DNA of 64,000 bases, from assembly GCA_002269645.1 (NCBI GenBank), contig NIVC01001700.1:8676-72675 (forward strand), given 5' to 3'. Origin of the DNA: Macrostomum lignano (Eukaryota). Both the position numbers and the translations under genes were made by a program. The notes beneath the pieces are model-generated. The model searched no databases. It saw nothing but the letters and a program-made list of their open reading frames with translations, and was not told the DNA's origin. Every line of letters begins with the position of its first letter. Within the stretch, counting starts at the first letter, position 1. Below are positions 23,869-40,639 of the stretch, piece by piece.

Positions 23869-25040
23869 TATTATCCATCTAATGCAAAATCAATTGGAAT
23901 AATTTATATTATCCATCTAATGCAAAATCAATTGGAATAATTTAGATTATCTATCTAATGCAAAATCAATTGGACTAATTTATATTATCCATCTAGTGCA
24001 AAATCAATTGGACTAATTTATATTATCCATCTAATGCAAAATCAATTGGACTAATTTATACTATCCATCTAATGCAAAATCAATTGGACTAATTTATATT
24101 ATCCATCTAGTGCAAAATCAATTGCACTAATTTATATTATCCATCTATTGCAAAATCAATTGGACTAATTTACATTATCCATCTAATGCAAAATCAATTG
24201 GACTAATTTATATTATCCATCTAATGCAAAATCAATTGGACTAATTTATATTATCCATCTATTGCAAAATCAATTGGACTAATTTATACTATCCATCTAA
24301 TGCAAAATCAATTGGACTAATTTATACTATCCATCTAATGCAAAATCAATTGGACTAATTTATATTATCCATCTAGTGCAAAATCAATTGCACTAATTTA
24401 TATTATCCATCTATTGCAAAATCAATTGGACTAATTTACATTATCCATCTAATGCAAAATCAATTGGACTAATTTATATTATCCATCTAATGCAAAATCA
24501 ATTGGACTAATTTATATTATCCATCTATTGCAAAATCAATTGGACTAATTTATACTATCCATCTAATGCAAAATCAATTGGACTAATTTATATTATCCAT
24601 CTAGTGCAAAATCAATTGCACTAATTTATATTATCCATCTATTGCAAAATCAATTGGACTAATTTACATTATCCATCTAATGCAAAATCAATTGGACTAA
24701 TTTATATTATCCATCTATTGCAAAATCAATTGGACTAATTTATATTATCCATCTAGTGCAAAATCAATTGCACTAATTTATATTATCCATCTATTGCAAA
24801 ATCAATTGGACTAATTTACATTATCCATCTAATGCAAAATCAATTGGACTAATTTATATTATCCATCTAATGCAAAATCAATTGGACTAATTTATATTAT
24901 CCATCTATTGCAAAATCAATTGGACTAATTTATATTATCCATCTAATGCAAAATCAATTGGACTAATTTATATTATCCATCTAATGCAAAATCAATTGGA
25001 ATAATTTATATTATCCATCTAATGCAAAATCAATTGGAAT
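23869..25040. repeat. AT-rich minisatellite, 38-bp unit TATCCATCTAATGCAAAATCAATTGGACTAATTTATAT
   Basis: About 30 tandem units with recurring variant units. Confidence 0.97.
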
Positions 25041-27662
25041 ATAGCTCGTATAAATCCTTTCATATTTTGTCTACTACACGTATACTCTCAAAGATGCTTC
25101 AGCCGACGAAAGAGATTATTTGAGTATTTGAATAATTGAGTAGCCTATCAGGATACTTGATGACGCATTGAATTTCCTATCTGATCTCATTCAAAATCAT
25201 TTCCCTTTGCTGCGAATCCGCTGTCGATGTTTAACACTTTCTTGGCCCATCTCACTCTCGTTCCGGCACTGCCCCTTCAGCTCATTAGGTGTAGCAGGGA
25301 TTTAAGCACCGGTGTCACAGGAAATCGAGGTGACATTCTGAGCTGAAAATTCGTTAATAGAAAAGCCCCGAACAAAACTTGGGCTTCAATTCGTGCGTTA
25401 ATTACATGTACATTCTGGACGACAAGACTTGTCAGTCGGCCTGCTTCGCTCATTAGGGATTTCACCCTCATGCCTGAACAGTCACTCTCTCGCGATGAGA
25501 GGTTGTCAAGTTCATTCTTTAATCAAGCCGAAGACAAGCCGTCTGCTTTGAAGAGGGAATTGGCTTACGAGATTTCAAGAACTTTCTTATAGCCTGGTTT
25601 GTCAAGTGTCGTCGTGGATACTGCTTCTTTTCACTCGACCAAGTCATATTTTTATTGTCGAGATGCTTCATTTATCGTATACCACTCCAGCTAAAAGTAA
25701 AAATAATCAATACTGTGACGTTGTCAGTTGAGGTGGCCCCGACAAGGGCCGTTTCAGCAAAAGCAGTGCCATTCTATAATATTGTTAATTTGATGGTCTC
25801 GTACTCTAACGTCTGCTTATAGTAATGCCCAAGGAATTTTGACAACATTGCGTGACGTTCGTAAAGCCTATGTACAATGCAATCGATAATTTCTGGGTTT
25901 TTTCAATTTGGTTTTCGCGCCGGCCAATAGGAAAGCCGCGCATATATTATGCTAGCCTGAAATTAAGCTTTCTCGTGCACCCACCCCCAGCCCGCTCTTT
26001 ATCAGTCCTGTCTGGCTGGGGCGCCCGGGGTTAGCCTTGTTTTCCGGTCTGTCTCTCTCTCTTTGTCTCGCTCTCCCTCTCCTCCACTGCCAAGTTTACT
26101 CGGGCAAGTCCACTCAGCCAAACTTAAGCCACGCCACTATCCCGAGTGGGAATCACGCCACGCCTTCACCGTCGCCACTTCATCGCCGTAGCCCATTAGC
26201 TATCCATCGCCATTTTTGTTGCCTGCCGCAGTGCCCAGAGTACCGTAGCACGGATTCAGCACCAACCAGGCCCAGTCCCACTCTTATATTGCCGACAGAA
26301 ATCTATAGTGAACGGGTCTATATGACCATAATAAATTGTCGCCATCGGCCATAACCATTGACTGTGTTAAATCTGAGTGCTACCGCTACACAAATTGCCT
26401 CCGTTGTTATTCGCATTCGATAATTTGATCCTGGGACTGAGTCTGCCTTCAAATCGTCACAATACGATTTACGATTTACGAGTTGTTTTATAGTTTATTA
26501 AATAATTGCAGCTCACAATTGGAGCGAATTGCAAGTAGCTAGTACGGTAAACTAGTATAGAAATACTAAAAATGGTCTGTCGGTATCTAGTAGGTATATA
26601 TAGTATAGAAACTATAAATATAGTTACATGTATTACGAATTCGTTCTCTTTACCAGCACTGAATTGTAAGATGCATCGGATACCAAATGCCATCACCATA
26701 ACTGATTTGGCAATATATCAATGGCAATATGATTTATTTTCATGCGATTGATTTGGCAGGAAATTCTAGTGGAACTGTATCTTGTCTGCGATTTGCTTAA
26801 TTGATGATAGCAGGAGTCCCTTTGGTTCGTTTTGCTCTTCCGCAGCTACATCAAGTCACGAAGGCCTTACTGTATATCTATATAGGCTTAATTAGTGGGT
26901 CTGAACACTCTAAATCGGAAATAGTCATTACCTTGACCCCCGTTTTATTCTATTGTAAATGTATACAGCATAAACTTTTTACCCGGTCAGGCCCGTTAGC
27001 GTTTGGGGACAGCTGATCATATTTCCATATAGTATATATTCTATTGGCTTTGAAAAACTGTGCATGATAAAACGACAATAACATGACACCAGGTTTTTTC
27101 GAGCGTTAATAAAATGTAGTTAAATTAATTCAGTTTGTTTAAAATAGTTAGCTACGTTAGTTTTTATTTGAACAGCAGGTGTACTGGTATTTTTGTGATG
27201 TTTTAATTGCTCGAAGGTTTTTAAGCAGAATTGTAAGCTCGATATAACTTTCTCAGATTTGATCAAAAGTTGCATTGCAAAGCAGGCAAATACACGCGCC
27301 TTGCGGGCCGGACTTTTAGATTATTTTTAAACGATAACGAAACGAAGAAGTGCAACATGCAGCCGATTAACAAAAGTATAACAAACATCTAAACTACATG
27401 ACGCTGAGTAGGGATATTGGATACTTTAATCAAATAATTGCGATATGCTACTTACTCGCAAGTAGTCCTTGAGCGCACGTCGGGATTCGTGCTTAAAATA
27501 ACAAAAATTAAACTTATGCTTCGAGATTTTTATTTCATAAACAGAAGTTAAAGAAACAGCATAAAAACAAAATAAGAGAAAATGTGTACAATTGTGCGTG
27601 AACATTTCAAAAAACTTATTGGTTTCGATTTTCAAGCCATCCGTCCGTTTAATCTCGAGTTC

Positions 27663-32897
<5,235 letters not shown>

Positions 32898-33154
32898 CTA
32901 TTAGCTCTGGCGATTAGGCTAGGATTAGACTAATAGACTAATGCGGACTGTGCAGACTATACTTATTTAGAATTGGAAAGCTAAACTAATTGATCCGGTT
33001 GGATGCCGAGACTTTGATTTAATAGATTTTTTGGCTTATGACGAGACGGTTGGACGGCTATTCGAGCTGTAAATCTAAATGCGTGCAGTGACGGGTGTGT
33101 GTCGTCTCGCTCCTGCGGGCAAAGTGCGGTGCGCAAGACTTGCTTCTGATTTAC

Positions 33155-34215
33155 ATGCTGGGATCCTGAGTGTGGGATTGTGGATCAAGGTGTGGGATTG
33201 GGATCCCGAGTTTGGGATCGGGGATCCAGGTGTGGGATTGGGGATCCCGAGTTTGGGATCGGGGATCCAGGTGTGGGATTGGGATCCCGAGTTTGGGATC
33301 GGGGATCCAGGTGTGGGATTGGGATCCCGAATTTGGGATTGGGGATCCAGGTGTGGGATTGGGGATCCCGAATTTGGGATCGGGGATCAAGGTGTGGGAT
33401 TGGGATCCCGAGTTTGGGATCGGGGATCCAGGTGTGGGATTGGGATCCCGAGTTTGGGATTGGGGATCCAGGTGTGGGATTGGGGATCCCGAATTTGGGA
33501 TCGGGGATCCAGGTGTGGGATTGGGGATCCCGAGTTTGGGATCGGGGATCCAGGTGTGGGATTGGGATCCCGAGTTTGGGATTGGGGATCCAGGTGTGGG
33601 ATTGGGGATCCCGAGTTTGGGATCGGGGATCCTAGTGTGGGATTGGGATCCCGAGTTTGGGATTGGGGATCCAGGTGTGGGATTGGGGATCCGGGTGTGG
33701 CATTGGGATCCAGGTGTGAGATTGGGGATCCGGGTGTGGCATTGGGATCCAGGTGTGGGATTGGGGATCCCGAATTTGGGATTGGGGATCCAGGTGTGAG
33801 ATTGGGGATCCAGGTGTGGGATTGGGGATCCCGAGTTTGGGATCGGGGATCCAGGTGTGGGATTGGGGATCCCGAGTTTGGGATCGGGGATCCAGGTGTG
33901 GGATTGGGGATCCCGAGTTTGGGATCGGGGATCCAGGTGTGGGATTGGGATCCCGAGTTTGGAATTGGGGATCCAGGTGTGGGATTGGGGATCCCAAATT
34001 TGGGATTGGGGATCCAGGTGTGGGATTCGGGATCCCGAATTTGGGATTGGGGATCAAGGTGTGAGATTGGGGATCCGGGTGTGGCATTGGGATCAAGGTG
34101 TGGTATTGGGGATCCGGGTAAAGGATTGGGGATCCGGGTAAAGGATTGGGGATCCGGGTGTGAGATTGGTGATCCCGAGTGTGGGACTGGGGATCCCCAG
34201 TGTGGGATTAGGGGT
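33155..34215. repeat. G-rich minisatellite, ~41-42-bp unit GGGATCCCGAGTTTGGGATCGGGGATCCAGGTGTGGGATT(G)
   Basis: Visible tandem array of 20/21-bp subunits. Confidence 0.95.
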
Positions 34216-35134
34216 CCGACTGCAGGTATGGGAGAATCACTATCAAATTTTCAGAATCCAGGTAGCGGATTGAGCCACAGGAATATTCTCATTAACCCGA
34301 TCGAAATGCTGAGTTAATAGACATAAGTTGTACTCAAGATTGAAGGGTATTAAGGCGCGCATGTTGCGGTGAGCTTCAGTCTCCTGTCTACAACCCAGCT
34401 GTTACACTCCTCGCCACCTCCCTCCTCTACCCTAATTAACTGCTCGGGGAAGCTGCCTGCCCCCAGCCCGGGTGTTTCGAGAGTGGAAGAGAAACGGCGG
34501 AAGGAGAAGCGAGAGAGCCGAATGTTTGGCATTGGGCATGCACTGTGCCGCCCTGCCTGCCTGCCTGCCTAAACCCTTCGAGCTCAGCTAATCCGCATCT
34601 CCCAATCCCTGCAATTATTCCGGGTTGATGACGGGCCGCGCGGAGTCTGCAAATAATTCAGTCTAAAAATGCCATCCCGATTTCGCCTTCCTCTCTGCTC
34701 AGGTTGTGGGATTTCAGAGAAATGCGGAGTGCAGTTCATGAAGGACTAAACTATGCCAGGGCTTGTTAGGCCCGGGCGATGCCGTTGCTAGGGGAAGAGG
34801 GGTTTTCGGGCCGTGACTGGCAGCTGCAGAGGACGCCTGCGGGGCTGCCTGGCCGAGTGTTCGGCAACAAATTTGTTTCCCTCTGGTCTGCTAAATGTAG
34901 CAGCTTTGCCTGCTTGGCTTGAAGAGAAACACATGTTTACCTGCGGCTTGACCCTGGAGCCGCGGACTTATCCTTATGTGGCACTTAGCCGGAGCTTATG
35001 GGAAGTGGGGCCGCCTGCGGGGGTCGCCGTTTCAGGCGGGAAGCGAAACATCTGCGACTGCCGGACTTAGCGAGCGAAAACTCATCCCTGTCCACCAAGT
35101 TGAACCGGTCTGGTTAATCGGATTGCGGAACTGG

Positions 35135-35410
<276 letters not shown>

Positions 35411-35795
35411 TTTTATTTATGTCTTTTTATTCTTGCCAAAACGCGCAGAGCCAAGCAATGCTGTAAACTAGAAATTTTCTTGTTTCATCAGCTGAAGGAA
35501 GAGAATCTTGTGGGAAAAGGAAGGTTCTGTGCGAGAATTCACTGTTTCTGTTATTTCTCTTTCTCCGTCATGCTGTCCTCCCAACCAGAAGAAGACAAGT
35601 CTGGGGAGAAAACAGTTTTTGGGAAAGTCGCATGTTTACTGGATTCAGGCGTCAAGTCCTGCGTCACTAGGAAATTCATCATTCTGCTGCACTTTATCCT
35701 TCACTCGGTTTCGATTGAAAGCTCTTTTCAGTTTTCCCGGATTCCGTTTGTGTCCCAGCTCAATAGCTCCTTTGGCAAAAATCCGTTCAGTTCTT

Positions 35796-36278
35796 GAATC
35801 CCAAATCCCGTCAGTCTTTTAATCCCAAATCCCGTCAGTCTTTTAATCCCAAATCCCTTCAGTCTTTTAATCCCAAATCCATTCAGTGCTTTAATCCCAA
35901 ATCCCTTCAGTCTTTTAATCCCAAATCCCTTCAGTGCTTTAATCCCAAATCCATTCAGTCTTCTAATCCCAAATCCATTCAGTCTTCTAATCCCAAATCC
36001 CGTCAGTCTTCTAATCCCAAATCCCTTCAGTCTTCTAATCCCAAATCCCTTCAGTCTTCTAATCCCAAATCCCGTCAGTCTTTTAATCCCAAATCCCGTC
36101 AGTCTTCTAATCCCAAATCCCGTCAGTCTTCTAATCCCAAATCCCTTCAGTCTTCTAATCCCAAATCCCTTCAGTCTTCTAATCCCAAATCCCGTCAGTC
36201 TTTTAATCCCAAATCCCGTCAGTCTTCTAATCCCAAATCCCTTCAGTCTTCTAATCCCAAATCCCTTCAGTCTTCTAA
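35796..36278. repeat. Minisatellite, 24-bp unit AATCCCAAATCCC(G/T)TCAGTCTT(C/T)T
   Basis: About 20 tandem units. Confidence 0.96.
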
Positions 36279-36974
36279 TTCAGTATTTTAATCCTTACCC
36301 AGGTACTAATAACCTTAATTACCTGGGCAGTTTCTCAAACAGCCAATGGCTCTTCACTTACAGACGCAGCCGGCAGCGTTTTCAATCGAAGAAATTTCGA
36401 TTAGCATCCAAAAAAGCCACAATCGAGTAAAGTTGAAATAGCGCAGAAATTGCGAAGTTCAGAATCGACAGAATTCGCGGTTCGGGCCCAGCAGACGCTG
36501 CCGCAGCCATAAATAGCTGCCGCTGATAGGGCCCTCTGCCTCCGGCCCTGCCCCCCCCCTTGGTTCATCTTCGATCACTAGATGGGCCTGGGCATTGGAT
36601 CCTGCGGTTCCAACAGGCCAGCGCTGCTGCCTTCAGAGCGGGGGGAGGGCGACGGCTGGGTAGAACTTTATGCCCACGGTCACTACCAGAGACTCTCTAA
36701 CCGGTGATGTACTATTATGATTGGGCTGTGCCGTGGAGCTTTAGAACCAGGATATACCTGGATTGCGGCAGCCCAGTGAAGCGCTTTATTCGCAAATCGT
36801 GTTTCTTTGGACGCAACTTCCGTAAACTTTGTGTATAGCGTTTGACGCGCCATGTTGACTGTCGAAAGAATTGCAACTGAATTTAATCGAAGTTAACTAC
36901 TCTGGACTAGGAGTATCCTTCCCGATTGACCGGCAAAAGTACATGGTATCCCCAGTGCTGACGCTGGCGCCCAT

Positions 36975-37650
36975 ATCAAATGAAATGGTGCCCCTATCAG
37001 ATGAAATGGCACTCATATCAGATGAAACGGCGCCCCAATCAGATGAAATGGCGCTTTTATCAAATGAAACGGCGCCCCAATCAGATGAAATGGCACTCAT
37101 ATCAAATGAAACGGCGCCCCAATCAGATGAAATGGCACTCATATCAGATGAAACGGCGCCCCAATCAGATGAAATGGCGCTTCTATCAAATGAAATGGCG
37201 ACCCTATCAGATGAAATGGCACTCATATCAGATGAAACGGCGCCCCAATCAGATGAAATGGCGCTTCTATCAAATGAAATGGCGACCCTATCAGATGAAA
37301 TGGCACTCATATCAGATGAAATGGCACTCATATCAGATGAAATGGCACTCATATCAGATGAAATGGCACTCATATCAGATGAAATGGCACTCATATCAGA
37401 TGAAATGGCACTCATATCAAATGAAATGGCACTCATATCAGATGAAATGGCACTCATATCAGATGAAATAGCGCCCCTATCAAATGAAATGGCGCCCCTA
37501 TCAAATGAAATGGCGCCCCAATTAAATTTAATAGCGCCACAATATCAGATGAAATGGCGCCCCAATTAAATTGGATAGCGCCACAATATCAGATGAAATG
37601 GCGCCCCTATTAAATTGAATAGCGCCACAATATCAGATGAAATGGCGCCC
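36975..37650. repeat. Minisatellite, 21-bp units TCAGATGAAATGGCACTCATA / TCAGATGAAACGGCGCCCCAA
   Basis: About 30 units of alternating variants. Confidence 0.93.
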
Positions 37651-38020
37651 CAGGGAACAACTCCAAGTTCAGGCCGCAGATCTCCATGGTTCTGCGCAGA
37701 GCTGCTTGACAGCGCAGTTTTCTACTGGGGCAAAGGGGAAAACTGGTTGGGTTATTTTAGCTCCGGGAACTCCCCCCGGTCTGTTCCCCCTAAGCAATCC
37801 TGTCCCAACCCCCCAGCCGAAGTTTCCCCCATTGCCTGTCCGGAAGCTTCTCTTCTAGTCCGCTGCTTCTTCCCGAACCCGCAGCAATTAAGCCGGTCCC
37901 CCAGGCAGCCCCCTCCCAAATCTCCCCAAAAATTCGCTTCGTCTCTTGAAGCGCATAGCTCGCAGCTTGCTGTGTTGTGCTGTATTGTGCTGTCGCATGG
38001 ATTAGCAATCCACTCACTGT

Positions 38021-38405
38021 AGATTAGCAATCATTGGACTATAGATTAGCAATCCGTGGACTATAGATTAGCAATCCGTGGACTATAGATTAGCAATCCG
38101 TGGACTATAGATTAGCAATCCGTGGACTATAGATTAGCAATCCGTGGACTATAGATTAGCAATCCGTGGACTATAGATTAGCAATCCGTGGACTATAGAT
38201 TAGCAATACGTGGACTATAGATTAGCAATCCGTGGACTATATATTAGCAATCCGTGGACTATAGATTAGCTATCCGTGGACTATAGATTAGCAATCCGTG
38301 GACTATAGATTAGCAATCCGTGGACTATAGATTAGCAATCCGTAGACTATAGATTAGCAATCCGTGGACTATAGATTAGCAATCCGTGGACTATAGATTA
38401 GCAAT
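38021..38405. repeat. Minisatellite, 22-bp unit TAGATTAGCAATCCGTGGACTA
   Basis: About 17 tandem units. Confidence 0.96.
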
Positions 38406-39076
38406 CCATTCTATTTCTGCATCCCTAGACAGCCGAGGCCCATGTATGTCAGGGAATCCTTTCCATCTCCTGTCCTTCCGATGCAAAACTCCTTAAATCA
38501 GTGAAGTTTTCGGCCGCAGCGCAGATGACACGCGAGTTGCTACAGCCGCTCGCTCCAATCCAATACAGTAGCTGGGAACAGCTGACCAGACTGACAGAGT
38601 GGGGACAGCTGGTCCAGTTAACTTTTCAAAGAGACAAAAATGTCATTTTGTCTCCGTCTTGGATCTTCCAGCGAGCGCGAGGGCTGGTTGACGTCAGTTC
38701 GTGCAGACTTTCATGGCCCGGAGGGTTTAGGCGCCAGGTTCAAAGGAGTCCGGAAAATCCCTCGTGGCCTGAGGGGGGGGGGGAGTGCTTCATCACTTAT
38801 CTAAGCGTCTGCCTTGCCATTGACATTTGGCTATCTAGGATATGGGAGCCTCAGAACATGACCATGATGCCTATCAATCTGATTTGTCAAATATGTTAAT
38901 TCATCTCTTTATCCCGGTTAATCTACCTTACACTACGCGTAAATCCCTAGGGTTTGTAACTTTTTCCCCATATCTTACAACTAAAGTTCTGTAGGTCTTG
39001 ACCGTTCCTTCGGCAGTCTGTTCATTGCTGTACAAGATTGAATGCAAAAGGTTTGGTTAAAGTCAATAATTTGCAA

Positions 39077-39290
39077 GGGGCATTGCAGATCAGCAGTAAA
39101 CGCGCATGACTCCGTGGTTCGATTCCGTGCTCGGCTGAGTCACGGCCATGAGAGCAACCCCCAAGGCGCAGAAAGTGTACATGTCTGACGATTTGAAAGT
39201 CAGGGCTGCTGTACACTCGTGTGAGCGTGTGCATGAGTACGTGTGCTCAGGAGTCAGTGGAATGGGCAGAATTTTCGTCAGCACTGGTTG
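39077..39290 (+). mobile_element. tRNA-derived SINE, family A copy
   Basis: B box GGTTCGATTCC followed by core CCCCAAGGCGCAGAAAGTGTACATGTCTGACGATTTGAAAGTCAGGGCTGCTGTACAC and GTGCTCAGGAGTCAGTGGAATGGGCAGAATTT. Confidence 0.82.
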
Positions 39291-39579
39291 TGGGACCACG
39301 TCGCTGAAGGTATTGCTTCCAGGGTGCTCACAGCCTCCTGCCAATGTTTAATTGGGTGTTTGTTTACATAACAGACTTTAAATTTAGATATTAATAGTAA
39401 TAAAAACACTGTCCGAGTGTCAGTTTCGCTTTCGCCAAATAGTTCAATTGGCAATATATGGCATCTAATTTAGGATACGCTCTGTCTCTAAATAAAACCG
39501 AATTTATGCTTTCGGCTGGTATTCCTACTGTTAAAGCATAAATTCGTGCTGTGCGTCAAAATACGAGTAAGTTCTGTGC

Positions 39580-40558
39580 GTAGAACTACCAAGAGGGGGG
39601 GGGGAATTACCCCCCCTGACAATTTTTTATGTTGCGCCGTATTGGAGCAACGCAGGCACACGAAATTCAAGAACATGGGCCAACTTTTTGTTGCGCACCT
39701 TCTCAAACAAGAATCAAGTCGCCAGCCCTCCGGACCGTCGAGATATTCGACGGTTCTGCCAGTAGGTCTGATTTTCCCATAAGTGCTAGTGTATTCAGTA
39801 CACCCCTATGCCCCAATTAGCACTGCGCCTCAGTGCAGCCTTGCCAAGTCTCCAAATTTCATGAGAACGTCGACCACATATGTCTGCATCAGCTCTGACT
39901 TCGTTGGTCACTAGCCTTCACCCAGGCAGAGCTTCTGGACCTTCAACAGGTGGCACCAGGTGACTATGGACACCCTGATGCGAATTTCTATAGTTTCGCC
40001 GATCAAGCCTTGACAGTGGGCAAGCCTCAACTGCTGGACATCCTCAGCTAGTCTCTCAAACATTCCGTCATCACCCCGACGCCGTCGGCACCTTCAACAG
40101 ATGACACCAGATGACTATGAACATCCTGTTGCAAATATGTCAGATTTTTCTTATCAAGCATCGATAATGGGCAAACTTTAACTTCTGGTCATTCTCAGCT
40201 AGACTCTCAAACAGTCTATCATCACCGGAGAGCTCCACCTGAGTGAAGGCTAGTGACCAACGAAGTCAGAGCTGATGCAGACGCATGCGGTCGACGTGCT
40301 GATGAAATTTGGAGACTTGGCAAGGCTGCACTGAGGCGCAGTGCTGATTGACGCACAGGGGTGTACTGAATACACTGGCACTTATAGGAAAATCAGACCT
40401 ACTGGCAGAACCGTCGAATATCTCGACGGTCCGGAGGGCTGGCGACTTGATTCTTGTTTGAGAATGTGCGCAACAAAAAGTTGGCCGCCTGTGTTCTTGA
40501 ATTTCGTGTGCCTGCGTTGCTCCAATACGGTAAATTCCCCCCCTCTTGGTAGTTCTAC
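39580..40558. mobile_element. Foldback / long inverted-repeat element: arms ~39580-39933 and ~40231-40558 around a spacer of two ~150-bp direct repeats
   Basis: The arms are reverse complements starting GTAGAACTACCAAGAGGGGGGG; the same peptide appears in the ORF track on opposite strands (39629+ and 40266-). No TSD found. Confidence 0.8.
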
Positions 40559-40639
40559 TGTTAATCATACTTTGTACTTGAAGTAGTATGCACTGCGGGG
40601 GGGGGTAAGTTTAATTCTTGAAGCCCAGAGGATTGAAAG

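Noticed and set aside
35794-37569. Repeat proteins (NPKSRQSF)n and (SDEMALI)n
   Set aside because: Unit lengths of 24 and 21 bp keep frames open by default; no flanking exon or domain context supports translation.
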